From an uncultured Pirellulaceae bacterium (GTDB lineage Bacteria > Planctomycetota > Planctomycetia > Pirellulales > Pirellulaceae): a DNA stretch of 64,000 nt. This document shows positions 10,570 to 20,709 of this stretch, piece after piece. The stretch is from positions 70,159 through 134,158 of the forward strand of contig CAZMNY010000011.1 of the NCBI GenBank assembly GCA_964567745.1, given 5' to 3'. Position 1 is the stretch's first letter. Every line of letters begins with the position of its first letter. A model generated the notes under the pieces. It saw only the letters and a list, made by a program, of their open reading frames with translations, had not been told where the DNA came from and made no database searches. The position numbers were made by a program, and so were the translations under genes.

Positions 10570-11983
10570 GGGGGTGACTCTCTCGCACACTCGCCGCGGT
10601 GACTTTGATGAACTGCGCTTCCTTACGCAAGCTTTCAATCGTTGGTGTCCCGCAATAACCCATTCCCGCTCGCAACCCGCCGACCAACTGGTAGACGTAA
10701 TCGCTCAACGGGCCTTTGAAAGGCACTCGGCCTTCCACGCCTTCTGGCACGAGCTTGCCGGTTCCGATCTCCGCCTCTCGGCCTTGTCGGTACCGCTCGC
10801 TCGAACCCTTAACCATGGCGCCGAGAGATCCCATCCCGCGGTACGTCTTGAAGGTTCGCCCTTGATAGAGAATCGTCTTCCCTGGGCTTTCAGCCAAACC
10901 TGCAAACAGTCCGCCAATCATTACGCAGTGGGCGCCAGCCACGATCGCTTTCGTCAGGTCGCCGGAAAACCGGATTCCTCCGTCGGCGACGATCGGAATC
11001 CCTGCGTCGGCCGCCGCTGCAGCCGCTTCAAAGATTGCCGATACCTGTGGCACTCCCACACCGCTGATCACACGAGTTGTACAAATCGAACCCGGTCCGA
11101 TACCGACTTTGACCGCGTTGGCCCCGGCTCGAATTAGATCCGTACATCCCTCTCGCGTGGCAACGTTGCCCGCAATGACATCAATCTCCCAGCGTTTCTT
11201 TATCTCCTTGACTGTTTCGATCACGTTGGCCGAGTGCCCGTGAGCACTGTCCACAACCAAAATGTCGACGCCTTTCTCAATCAGGCATTTGGCGCGCTCG
11301 TAATCCTTCACGCCAACTGCACCGCCCACTCGCAAGCGTCCGAGTGCATCTTTGCTAGCAAGTGGGAACCGCTTCATCATGTCGATGTCTTTGATCGTGA
11401 TGAGGCCGGTCAGTTTGTAAGCTTCGTCAACCAGCAAAAGTTTCTCCACCTTTTTATCCGTTAAAATCTCCTCAGCTTGCTTAAGCGTTACGGTCCCCGT
11501 TGCAGTCACCAAGTTCTCACAGGTCGCCACGCCCTGAACCGCCGTCTCATTGCGGTCCAGAAAACGGAGATCTCGCCGGGTAATAATCCCGATCAAACGC
11601 CCATCTTGCTCGGTAATGGGCACGCCAGAGACGTTGTGCTGGTCCATCAACGCCTGGGCTTCCGTGACGGGAGCGTTGGGCCGTAGGGTGACCGGGTCGA
11701 CGATAATCCCGTTCGCGCTGCGCTTGACCTTGTTGACCTCTTCGGTCTGACTCTCGATCGACATGTTCTTGTGTATAACGCCCAGTCCACCAGCCTTTGC
11801 CAGACCAATCGCCATGGCCGATTCGGTGACCGTATCCATGGGCGAGCTGATGAGCGGGATGTTGAGGTCGATGTTTGCGGTCAAGCGAGTCCGCACATCG
11901 ACTTCAGCTGGCACCACTTCGCTGTAGCGAGGCGACAGTAAGACATCGTCGAAAGTGAATCCGGTCATGCGGATCTTGTCCAT
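10502..11983 (-). CDS. guaB: Inosine-5-prime-monophosphate dehydrogenase
   Basis: 493 aa, [23 protein letters not shown]..., CBS pair, catalytic [11 protein letters not shown] loop. Full-length similarity to IMPDH. Confidence 0.95.
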   Translation of the reverse strand: MDKIRMTGFTFDDVLLSPRYSEVVPAEVDVRTRLTANIDLNIPLISSPMDTVTESAMAIGLAKAGGLGVIHKNMSIESQTEEVNKVKRSANGIIVDPVTLRPNAPVTEAQALMDQHNVSGVPITEQDGRLIGIITRRDLRFLDRNETAVQGVATCENLVTATGTVTLKQAEEILTDKKVEKLLLVDEAYKLTGLITIKDIDMMKRFPLASKDALGRLRVGGAVGVKDYERAKCLIEKGVDILVVDSAHGHSANVIETVKEIKKRWEIDVIAGNVATREGCTDLIRAGANAVKVGIGPGSICTTRVISGVGVPQVSAIFEAAAAAADAGIPIVADGGIRFSGDLTKAIVAGAHCVMIGGLFAGLAESPGKTILYQGRTFKTYRGMGSLGAMVKGSSERYRQGREAEIGTGKLVPEGVEGRVPFKGPLSDYVYQLVGGLRAGMGYCGTPTIESLRKEAQFIKVTAASVRESHPHDIAITQEAPNYSPDSSDGKSN

Positions 11984-12234
11984 TGCCGTTCCTCCTCACA
12001 TGCCTGCCGTGAATTGAATCACGCATTATGCCGAGATCCTTCCACGCTGGCAACGAGTGGGCTCGATGAGGAAAGGCCATGCGACCATTGGATTGCGTCG
12101 AGCGGCCTTTGGCGGCTTGGTCGGGAGTGGCGAGCCCGCGACGTTACGCAAGACAGCTCGGCAACAGACGACTCGGCATGGTGGGACGGAACGTGAGCGT
12201 TCGCGAAGAGCGGGGTTTCACGTTCGCTCGCCGG

Positions 12235-13113
12235 TTATTTTCGGGGGGGGCGAGCAGGGTTGCGGAGGCGGAAAATGCGACCACGCGGCTGGCCCTCTGC
12301 GTTGCCGACGACCAATCCGTAGTCGATCAGCTCGATCGTCTGGCGCTCCACCAATTGGCCTTTCAGGTCGAGCACCTTGACCGATTGGTTCACGACGCCG
12401 CCTGGGACAGCTTGGCTGTAGGCTTCCATGGTGACGATTTGCTTGTCCGCTGTGACTTGGACCGTCCTCACATAGGCACAGGGCATTGTGTCGGCCATGA
12501 CCTTGAGCGGCATATTCTGAGCCAGGACGTCGACGTCAATCTGGAAGAGTTGGGTGCCGTCTTTAGAGGTGGCGAGGGTGTTCTGACGAAGCACCAAGCC
12601 CGAGCCGTTGAGCGGAATGTGAAAACTAGTGACTCGTTTCGAGTTGTCCGTGACGACTGCAACCTCGTGGAGTTCGCACTTGGTCTTTAAGCCGTTGAGA
12701 ATGAAATCGGTCAGCCTGACTTTCTTGAGCGGCGCTGCCTTGGGGACGCCGAAGTAATCTCGAGTCGTGGTTTTCGGCGCAGGAACGTATTTTTGCCCCG
12801 CCACTTCGATCGATGACTCGGTTTTGATTTGAAAGTCGTATTCAGACACCTTCATCAGCGTCGTCTTTGCCTCGGCGACGCTGACGCTGTTCACTTTGCC
12901 CTCTTCGCCAAATCGCTCTTTTCGAATTCGCACTTTCCGCCATGAGCCTGGCAGGAAACGGCCCCAACCGTGAAATTCGCGCAGCGACACCGGAGCGCCC
13001 GGTTGCTGGGTCGCGGTTGGTTGCCGCGACGCCGGCTGTTGAGCCCAAGCTGTGGTCGTCACAAAGAGTGCAACGACCAGCGCGATCAATGGCGTTATTC
13101 GAGGGTTGCTCAT
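12235..13113 (-). CDS. Secreted hypothetical protein
   Basis: Signal peptide MSNPRITPLIALVVALFVTTTAWAQQ. ATG at 13113. Overlapping + strand ORF 12079..12690 judged spurious. Confidence 0.6.
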   Translation of the reverse strand: MSNPRITPLIALVVALFVTTTAWAQQPASRQPTATQQPGAPVSLREFHGWGRFLPGSWRKVRIRKERFGEEGKVNSVSVAEAKTTLMKVSEYDFQIKTESSIEVAGQKYVPAPKTTTRDYFGVPKAAPLKKVRLTDFILNGLKTKCELHEVAVVTDNSKRVTSFHIPLNGSGLVLRQNTLATSKDGTQLFQIDVDVLAQNMPLKVMADTMPCAYVRTVQVTADKQIVTMEAYSQAVPGGVVNQSVKVLDLKGQLVERQTIELIDYGLVVGNAEGQPRGRIFRLRNPARPPRK

Positions 13114-13368
13114 ACCGTTGCAGTGGCGTGTGGGGCTTGACGCGAGTTGTGCCGATTTTGCGATTTATGCAGGCCGAACGACCGTGGTTGAATGCGATTT
13201 CGCCACGACCATGTGGGAGTGTACCTCACAGCAAGCCGCGCAAACTGATTCGATTCTCCCCCAAGCCAGCACGGCTCGATACCCCTCATTCGAGGAGCCA
13301 ATCATTCTGGCGGACAACGCCAGTCAATATCCAAGGAGGATGCTTCGCTCACTCGCTCACCGGCCATG

Positions 13369-14784
13369 CTAGTCCGCGTCGCCCTTGGAGTCAGATGGTT
13401 GTGATCCTGATTGTTGAAATATATCTACAATGGTCATGTCCTGGTCGGGCGTTACAGTTCGCAGATCGACAACCAGACGGTCGCGTTGCACTCGGCAAAC
13501 GACTGCGGGATCTCCGGCTCTCAATTCCGCCGCCATGCCGTTCACTCCCTTGGCGTCGGGTTCGATCTCGACACACCAGGTTTCGATTTGTTGAGTTGGC
13601 ACGCTGCCGCCGCCTAGGAATGTGTGGTCAAAAGCGGGCTCCGCGGAGGCGACGGAGGAACACGCGGCGAGCTGAGGCGCCATCCGTTCAGCTCGTTGTT
13701 TGAGGTTTTCGATCGGCGTCGAAAGCATCGTCATCAGCGGGACGCCCTGTTTCATCGCCTCTTCGTCTCGATGTAGTCGGAGTGTCGCTGCGAGTGCGGC
13801 GAGAGTCAGTTTGTCGACTCGCAAAGCCCTCATCATCGGGTGCTTCGCCACGCGGTCAACCAACGTCTTCTTGCCGACAATGATTCCGCATTGAGGTCCC
13901 CCGAGCAGTTTGTCGCCGGAGAACAAGACGATGTCAGCGCCTTGCTTAATGCTCTCGCGAGCAATCGGCTCGCCGGCAACTCCCCAGGGCGCCAGATCGC
14001 GCATCGCGCCGGAGCCGATATCGTCGATCACCGGAACGTGACGCTGTCGTCCGAGTTCGACAAGCTCTTCGAGCGACGGCTGTTCGGTAAACCCGACGAT
14101 GACGTAGTTGCTTGTGTGGACTCGCATCAGCGCCGCGGTCTCTTGTCCGATCGCGTCTCGATAGTCGGCGATGCGAGTTTTATTGGTGGCGCCAACTTCA
14201 CGGAGAATCGCGCCGCTCGACGTCATAACTTCCGGCAGCCGGAAACTGCCGCCAATTTCAACCAATTCGCCTCGCGAGACAATGATCTCTTTTCCGTGGC
14301 CCAATGCGGTCAATGTGAGCAGCGTCGCCCCGGCGTTGTTATTGACGACCACGGCCGCTTCGGCGCCAGTCAGCTCCTTCAGCAAGCCGTTAACCGCATC
14401 GACTCGCTGTGAGCGTTCGCCCGTTTTCAGGTCGAGTTCGACGCTCGCGTAACCTCGACCGATTTCTAGCATCGCCTGGAGAGCGGCTTCGGGCAGAGGC
14501 GCTCGGCCCAACCCTGTGTGCAGAAGAATGCCTGTTGCGTTGATGACCGGTTTGAGCGGCAAGCGTTCGTTGGAGCGAATCCAGTCCGCGATGCTCTCGG
14601 CCAGCTCAAGCGGTCCGCTCGTCGCCTTCTCCGCCGCCGTCTGCAGCTCAGATCGCATGTTGTCCAAGAAGTCCCGCACGCCGTCGACAACGACGCTGCG
14701 ACTTGCCGCGGACACCAACTGCTTGAGCGGTTGCGTTTCCAGGAGCTCGTTAACCGATGGGATTCGGCGAAATACGTTGGACAT
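13369..14784 (-). CDS. selA: L-seryl-tRNA(Sec) selenium transferase (selenocysteine synthase)
   Basis: 471 aa. Matches to SelA throughout (VINATGILLHTGLGRA, SRGELVEIGGSFRLPEVM, PLP-lysine context FSGDKLLGGPQCGIIVGKK, RALRVDKLTLAALAATLRLH). Confidence 0.92.
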   Translation of the reverse strand: MSNVFRRIPSVNELLETQPLKQLVSAASRSVVVDGVRDFLDNMRSELQTAAEKATSGPLELAESIADWIRSNERLPLKPVINATGILLHTGLGRAPLPEAALQAMLEIGRGYASVELDLKTGERSQRVDAVNGLLKELTGAEAAVVVNNNAGATLLTLTALGHGKEIIVSRGELVEIGGSFRLPEVMTSSGAILREVGATNKTRIADYRDAIGQETAALMRVHTSNYVIVGFTEQPSLEELVELGRQRHVPVIDDIGSGAMRDLAPWGVAGEPIARESIKQGADIVLFSGDKLLGGPQCGIIVGKKTLVDRVAKHPMMRALRVDKLTLAALAATLRLHRDEEAMKQGVPLMTMLSTPIENLKQRAERMAPQLAACSSVASAEPAFDHTFLGGGSVPTQQIETWCVEIEPDAKGVNGMAAELRAGDPAVVCRVQRDRLVVDLRTVTPDQDMTIVDIFQQSGSQPSDSKGDAD

Positions 14785-15022
14785 AAGGGCAGCTTTCGTA
14801 ATGGTAGGCGAGATCGCCGCGCGACGGCCAAACTCTCAATTCCTCATCATAATCTTAGTCACCGCAGCCAGGGAATGGCGTGGCGTCGCCTTTCGCTCCG
14901 CAAAAGTAGCGAAGCGGTCGCAGAGCGAACGAAGAACGCGCTACTTTCGCGGAATAACGAAGGACGCGCCACTTTCGCGGAGCGAAAGGCAACTGTGAGG
15001 CGATTAGGCGACGGTGAGGCGA

Positions 15023-16945
15023 TTAGGCGGTTGGTGCCATGACGCGGAGGTCGCCGTTGCGGCGGGTGACGCCGATTCGGTCGAGGTGTTCGCAGAAGGG
15101 TACGGCGTACTTGCGGGTCGTCTCCAACGCTTCACGTATCTCGCTCAACGTGAGCCCGTCGCCGCTCCGCATTTTTTCGCGGAGTGTTTCTACTGCGGCG
15201 TCTTGCGCGTCACGATGGATAAAATAATCGCTACTGACCTCGACAAGTGCGCCGTCGGCGGCAGCAAGCGAGATCAATTGAGGCACCGATTGTTTGAGCT
15301 TCTGCACCGAATCCTGACATTGCTTCACCGTCGGAGATTCGAGACCCGCGTTCTGATACATGTCGATGATCTGTTCGAGCAGTGCTCGTTCATTCTTGGA
15401 AAGCTTGGGGCCTCTGCCCTGCAGTGAGACGCCACGACTGGAGACGAGGATTGCCTTGGAGCGTTGCATCCTGCGAAGGAGCTGTTCGATCAACGCAGGG
15501 TTCTTCAGGTAGTCGAATTCGTGTGCGAGCTGGGTGCGGTCAAAGCTCGATCGCAATGGCACTTCGTCGTGCATTCGGCCCAACGCCTTGGCCACACGCT
15601 GCTCGATTCGGTTGAGCACGTCTCGATGAATCGCCTGTTGGCGAGTGACCGACAACGGAATGAGCTCGATCTCGCCTCGCTCAAGCAGCGCGTCCATGGC
15701 GGCTTGGACATCATCGACCCCAGCCGCGCGGGCCAGCGCGATCGGTGCCCATGGTGTGAGGCCGAAGAAGAACGCGGCCGCTGATGCTCGGCTCAGCGCG
15801 TCGTCCGAAGCGAGTTGCTTGAGCATTGCCCGATCCAGGTCATCAGGTTTCTTCAGTCGCTCAGCGTCCGTGGAGAGAATATTCCCGCCGCCGAGCGTCA
15901 CGACGGGCGACTCGCTTCGCAACACGTAGGGCTGACGCCACACGGACGTAACCGCTTCGCCCAACGCGAGCTGGGCGAACGCCGTTTGGCCTGGCTCCAA
16001 CGGGCCTTCCTGCAGTAGTCTGACGGTGCAGAGGACTTGGGCCGAGCCGAGGTGAAGCCGAACTCGCGAACGATCTTTCAGCGGTCGAGGCGTTTCCGCA
16101 AGCAGATTGAGTTCAACGGTTAGTAGCTGCGAGGGCTCGAGAAAGCCCGGTGCTGCGAGTTCTTGTCCGCGAACGATGTGATCGTGACGAACGCCGGCCA
16201 AGTTGACAGCGGCCCGCTGCCCCCGAGTAACTTGCTCCAGGTTTTGATCGTGGTTTTGCAGACCTCGGATTCGTACTTCGTCGCCGCCCGGCTGAATCAC
16301 CAACACATCGCCGACCTCAGCCGAACCGCTCACCACGCTGCCGGTGACGACGGCGCCGTGTCCGGCCATTGTGAAGACGCGATCGATCGGCATGCGAAAC
16401 GGCTTCACGGCTCGCAGCATCCGTTCCGATTGGCAGGCGGCGTCCGCAGCCAGAATGAGTTCGGCCTTGAGTTGCTCGATGCCCTCGCGAGTCTCGGCGC
16501 TAGTGGGCACGATCGAGGCCGACTCGAGAAACGTTCCCTCGAGCAACTCACGAATCTCCTCAATCACCATTTCCAGCCAATCCGGATCGACGAGGTCGGA
16601 TTTGGTTACCGCGACAACTCCGTGTTGCAGTCGCAGCAGCTTGAGGATTTCGAGGTGTTCGCGAGTCTGAGGTTTGATGGAGTCGTCGGCGGCAATCACC
16701 AGCAAAGCCAGATCGATTCCGGTGGCGCCCGCCAGCATGTTGCGGACAAACCGCTCGTGGCCAGGCACGTCGACGACGCCCAACCGATGCTCGCCGAGTT
16801 TCAATTCGGCGAATCCGATGTCGATCGTAATCCCGCGTTTCTTTTCTTCCGGGAGTCGATCTGTGTCAACTCCCGTCAGCGCACGGACCAGCGATGTCTT
16901 GCCATGGTCGATATGACCGGCCGTGCCGAGAATAAGGTCCGCCAT
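15023..16945 (-). CDS. selB: Selenocysteine-specific translation elongation factor
   Basis: 640 aa. N-terminal GTPase [25 protein letters not shown]..., then EF-Tu-like domains 2-3 and a long C-terminal winged-helix extension typical of SelB. Confidence 0.92.
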   Translation of the reverse strand: MADLILGTAGHIDHGKTSLVRALTGVDTDRLPEEKKRGITIDIGFAELKLGEHRLGVVDVPGHERFVRNMLAGATGIDLALLVIAADDSIKPQTREHLEILKLLRLQHGVVAVTKSDLVDPDWLEMVIEEIRELLEGTFLESASIVPTSAETREGIEQLKAELILAADAACQSERMLRAVKPFRMPIDRVFTMAGHGAVVTGSVVSGSAEVGDVLVIQPGGDEVRIRGLQNHDQNLEQVTRGQRAAVNLAGVRHDHIVRGQELAAPGFLEPSQLLTVELNLLAETPRPLKDRSRVRLHLGSAQVLCTVRLLQEGPLEPGQTAFAQLALGEAVTSVWRQPYVLRSESPVVTLGGGNILSTDAERLKKPDDLDRAMLKQLASDDALSRASAAAFFFGLTPWAPIALARAAGVDDVQAAMDALLERGEIELIPLSVTRQQAIHRDVLNRIEQRVAKALGRMHDEVPLRSSFDRTQLAHEFDYLKNPALIEQLLRRMQRSKAILVSSRGVSLQGRGPKLSKNERALLEQIIDMYQNAGLESPTVKQCQDSVQKLKQSVPQLISLAAADGALVEVSSDYFIHRDAQDAAVETLREKMRSGDGLTLSEIREALETTRKYAVPFCEHLDRIGVTRRNGDLRVMAPTA

Positions 16946-17179
16946 GATCGTTCGAGCAACAGTTGGCTAATCACATTGAAATGCCGATTTGGGCATCGGC
17001 GAATGCGGCATTGTAGCACACGATTGTCACTGAACGATTGAGCTGCGGAGTTGGCGAAGTGGGTCGACTGAACGTCGCGCGGCCATACCAAGCCACGACG
17101 ATTCGATCGCGCTACACGATTGTCGGAGTCGATTCCAACACGTTAGCTCGTCCGCAGTCGATTCTCCGCCAGTTTCGCT

Positions 17180-17710
17180 CTAGTCGTCAAAGCCTGGACG
17201 TTTTTGGCCCATGAATTCGGAGACAGTGCGAGGTTGCGGTGGGGGCGGAGTGCCGCCGCCGAGCCAGGATGGCAGCTGAAGGAGTCCGCCGCTGCTGGGC
17301 TGCTTTCTTCGTTGCGGCGAGTTTGTCATACGGGCCGGTGTCGAGCTTCCAGTGCTTGAGCGGAACGGCGCGGTGATGAAGTCCTTGGTCTTTCCGAAAA
17401 AGTTCTTGGCGCCCTGATTGAAGCTTTCAAGCGCGTTCGGTCGACGCGGACCCGTCGGTTTCTTCGCGCCCATTCCCGGCAGCGTCAGCTTAGGGAGCGT
17501 AATCTTGGGTAGTCGCGGCTTGGGAAACGTGAACTTCGGCAACGAAAATGGCGAAGCAGCCGGCGGCTCTGGCGGACGGTCCGACACCGTTCTGCGCACC
17601 GCATCAGGCGAAGGCTCTTTTTTCGTGAATGGCTGGAGCGAGAAACCTTGGGCGTTTGCGGACGAGGCGCAAGTTGACGAGACGACGGCCAAGGCAATCA
17701 GAATCGACAT
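17180..17710 (-). CDS. Secreted proline-rich hypothetical protein
   Basis: ATG at 17710 gives signal peptide MSILIALAVVSSTCASSANA. Pro/Lys-rich with low complexity. Confidence 0.45.
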   Translation of the reverse strand: MSILIALAVVSSTCASSANAQGFSLQPFTKKEPSPDAVRRTVSDRPPEPPAASPFSLPKFTFPKPRLPKITLPKLTLPGMGAKKPTGPRRPNALESFNQGAKNFFGKTKDFITAPFRSSTGSSTPARMTNSPQRRKQPSSGGLLQLPSWLGGGTPPPPQPRTVSEFMGQKRPGFDD

Positions 17711-17878
17711 GGTTTGACGAGGCACGGAATAGCCCTCCGAGACAGGGAACACTTGGCGTTGATCGCCGCGAATGGTCGTAAAAAGCGGGGCGAAGTGTCG
17801 CAGAATCGCGATTCGGCCACAAGGCGGGATTTCGACCGATTTTCGCCTAGATATTGGCGACCAACGTCTAACTCGAGT

Positions 17879-18694
17879 TCACTCTTCGCTGAGCTCCCGC
17901 GAGCGCTCTGTTGCGGCGACGACAGCATCGACCAGCGAGGCTCGAAAGCCGCCGGCTTCGAGCGCGTGGATGCCGGCGATGGTGGTTCCGCCGGGGCTAG
18001 CCACTCGGTCTTTCAAAACGGCCGGATGCTCGCCCGTCTCCAGCACCATCTTCGCTGCGCCCAAAACCGTTTGAGCGGCGAGTTTAGACGCGGTCGCTCG
18101 TGGCAAACCGGCTTTGACTCCGCCATCGCTAAGCGCGTCAATCGCCATGAAAACGTAGGCGGGACCGGAACCGGAGAGCCCGGTAACGGCGTCGAGCAAC
18201 GGTTCTGGCGTGGGAACGGCAATTCCGACTGCCGATAGCAGCTCCTCGACAAGTTGACCATCTTCTCGAGTTGCCTTGGTGCCGAGCGCGAAACCCGCGG
18301 CACCGGCGCCGACCAGGCAAGGCGTGTTCGGCATCACTCGAACCACTCGCGATTCGGGCAGCGCCGACTCGATTTGGGCGAGCCCAATTCCAGCTGCGAT
18401 GGAAACGATGAGTGTCTTGTCGCTGGCCTCCTCCGCGATCTCGGAAAGCACGGCCGGCATATGCTGAGGCTTCACAGCCAAGATGACGACATCGGATTCG
18501 CGGCAAAGCTGTCGGCTCGAGTCGTTTGAGCGGGCACCCGGCAACGCTTCGGTGAATTGACATGCGGCGTCTGGCGATACGTCGAATACCGTCATTTGCT
18601 CGCACGGAATCAAGCCGGCGCGAAAGAACCCGGTTCCCAGGGCTCGCGCCATTTGGCCGCCGCCGATGAAACCTATTTTCTGTTCCGTCGTCAT
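17879..18694 (-). CDS. proC: Pyrroline-5-carboxylate reductase
   Basis: MTTEQKIGFIGGGQMARALG Rossmann motif, full-length ProC similarity. ATG at 18694 (the track start 18706 is TTG). Confidence 0.9.
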   Translation of the reverse strand: MTTEQKIGFIGGGQMARALGTGFFRAGLIPCEQMTVFDVSPDAACQFTEALPGARSNDSSRQLCRESDVVILAVKPQHMPAVLSEIAEEASDKTLIVSIAAGIGLAQIESALPESRVVRVMPNTPCLVGAGAAGFALGTKATREDGQLVEELLSAVGIAVPTPEPLLDAVTGLSGSGPAYVFMAIDALSDGGVKAGLPRATASKLAAQTVLGAAKMVLETGEHPAVLKDRVASPGGTTIAGIHALEAGGFRASLVDAVVAATERSRELSEE

Positions 18695-18990
18695 TCGCAA
18701 GTCCAATGCATACGAGAGAATTCTACCGCGATCCTCGGCTCAAAGCGTTTCCGATCCTATTGGCCCAATCAGCATGGTGCAAGACAACCTGTCCACAGCG
18801 ATAGCGAACGAGCGCAATCAATCGGCGTCCCTGTCTCTTGGTCAGACAGTCGCACGCTGGCGTGGTCTCAGGGTTGGTCCGCCGCCTCGCCAGCGAGCAT
18901 GCCGCTCGACTCATTCAGCACCTTGGCCTAAAATGCAACGATGCCGTCGTTTGCTGTTATGCATTTGGCCGTTTCGCGTCAGGCAGTTGA

Positions 18991-19245
18991 TTGCCGGCTC
19001 ATCTCCCGTTTTCGGATGTCGCTATGATTTGCTTGATCGACGACAAGCACATTCCTGTTTACCGCATCGTGTGGATCTCCGATGTCCCTCATTTTTGTGG
19101 TGACGAGGAGTGTCTGGTCGAGGGACGGTATGAAGTTCGATTGGAGCAGGGCGAGGCGGTTTTTGGGAATCGCGATGAACGCGACAAGGCGCTAGAAATG
19201 GTTGACCGCTGGCAGAGCGGCGTGGACGACGATCCGCAATATTGA
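18991..19245 (+). CDS. Small hypothetical protein
   Basis: 84-aa ORF with no recognisable domain; weak call. Confidence 0.3.
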   Translation: MPAHLPFSDVAMICLIDDKHIPVYRIVWISDVPHFCGDEECLVEGRYEVRLEQGEAVFGNRDERDKALEMVDRWQSGVDDDPQY

Positions 19246-19520
19246 GTTCCAGTGACTTGAGCAGAGCGAATTGGCTGGGGTCGATCCGGTTATTGGAAGA
19301 GTTGGTTCGCACTGGACCATCAATCGCAGCTCGGAGATCGAGGCATTTCGACCTGGACGGGCGACACGGATCGCTAATTTTACGACGCCGCGGGAACGGT
19401 CACAGGACAAAGCGGGCGGGGGTTGGTCGGGCTGGATGGCGCCAACGCCAGGGGGTAGATTATTCGGCGTCGCTAACGGGCTTGCCCGCTCAGTCGTTCT
19501 TTCTTCCGCAGGAGTCGCGG

Positions 19521-20009
19521 ATGTCATTGTTCGAAAACAGCATGTATCAGTGGCGCGAGACCTACTTCGTGCTGTTCCCGATGGACTGCCGTCCGAGTGC
19601 GGCAGCGGTGCAGAAAGCCCTGGGCGATTTGGATCCAAGGTATGTCATCGAGGCCGGCCGTGTGGGGGAGCAGGGCGAATTTGAGTCGTGTACCCTGTTT
19701 TCGCCCCATGACTTCGCCGCGATGGACATCACATTCATCGACGGACCGGAAGTAGCCGAGCAGATTGCCGAGTTGACGCCGAATTTGACTCAGGTAGCCG
19801 ACACGGACGAAGAAAGGGCAAAAATCGCTTCGCTGTCGAAGTACGACGCCCGCCTCGACGTCTTTCACTTTGAGCAGATGGTGATCGAGCCGGACCCGGA
19901 AGCGGAAGACGAGCACTTGGACCCGGGCGCCCTTCTGATCGTCCTGGAACGCCTCGCGAAACTTTGTGAGGGCGTTGCGGTTGATCCTCAAAGCGGCTCT
20001 GTCCTATAG
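19521..20009 (+). CDS. Hypothetical acidic protein
   Basis: ATG at 19521, preceded by GGAG 7 nt upstream. 162 aa. In frame with the longer track ORF 19242. Confidence 0.5.
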   Translation: MSLFENSMYQWRETYFVLFPMDCRPSAAAVQKALGDLDPRYVIEAGRVGEQGEFESCTLFSPHDFAAMDITFIDGPEVAEQIAELTPNLTQVADTDEERAKIASLSKYDARLDVFHFEQMVIEPDPEAEDEHLDPGALLIVLERLAKLCEGVAVDPQSGSVL

Positions 20010-20048
20010 TCGCCGCCGTATTAAACTCTCCACAGGATCTCAATCGCG

Positions 20049-20612
20049 ATGCAGGCCAAAGAGATTAAGTCGGGCGCGGTCGTCAACTTCAACGGCTCGC
20101 CCGTTATGATTCAAGGCGTTCATGTGCAGACGCCGTCCGCTCGGGGCGCCGCCACGATCTATAAGTTTCGCGGCCGAAACCTCGTCACCAAGCAGAAGCA
20201 AGACATCACGTTGAAAGGGGGCGAGTCGCTTGAAGGCGCGGATTTTGAGCGTCGGAGCGTGAAGATGATGTTTTGCGACGCCGAGTCACTGCATCTTTTG
20301 GATCAAACGGACTTCAATCAATTCTCGCTCCCGCTGGCCGATTGTCAGGACGAGATGCAGTATCTGACAGAATCGCTCGAGGGCGTCCTGGCACTGATCT
20401 ACAACGAGGAATGTGTCGGAATCCAGATTCCGACCACGGTTGAGCTCGATATCACCCAGTGCGACCCGGGCGTCAAGGGGAACTCTGCGACCGGGCGAAC
20501 GAAACCGGCGACGCTGGAAACGGGTATCAGCATCCAAGTTCCCGAGTATCTCAAGCAGGGCGAGCGGATTAAGGTGGATACTCGCTCGGGTGAATTTCTC
20601 TCTCGCGCCTAA
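20049..20612 (+). CDS. efp: Translation elongation factor P, Arg-type (EarP/rhamnosylation-class loop SARGAA instead of KPGKG)
   Basis: 187 aa, full-length EF-P similarity. Modification-loop sequence TPSARGAA aligns to Pseudomonas KSGRNAA (Arg32) rather than E. coli KPGKGQAF (Lys34). Confidence 0.9.
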   Translation: MQAKEIKSGAVVNFNGSPVMIQGVHVQTPSARGAATIYKFRGRNLVTKQKQDITLKGGESLEGADFERRSVKMMFCDAESLHLLDQTDFNQFSLPLADCQDEMQYLTESLEGVLALIYNEECVGIQIPTTVELDITQCDPGVKGNSATGRTKPATLETGISIQVPEYLKQGERIKVDTRSGEFLSRA

Positions 20613-20709
20613 GATTTCGAATGCTAAAGCGTTTGTACGAGTTCGGTCGTCGCCTCAACCAGGTCGCGCTCGAGCCGCAGATTCGACTTTGCTCAAGGAC
20701 AATAGCACG

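Noticed and set aside
12079-12690. 203-aa + strand ORF overlapping the 12235..13113 minus-strand gene
   Set aside because: No start context or domain. The minus-strand ORF has a clear signal peptide and fills the gap between guaB and selA on the same strand as all neighbours. High-GC antisense ORFs of this kind are common.
13052-13372. 106-aa ORF in the selA to upstream-gene spacer
   Set aside because: No start context and poor codon usage. The region is more likely a 3-prime UTR.
16946-17180. T-loop-like strings (ggagtcgattcc at about 17136; ggaaatcgaacc at about 53322) examined as possible tRNA / tRNA-Sec
   Set aside because: Flanking sequences cannot form T-stems or acceptor stems. No UCA anticodon loop context.
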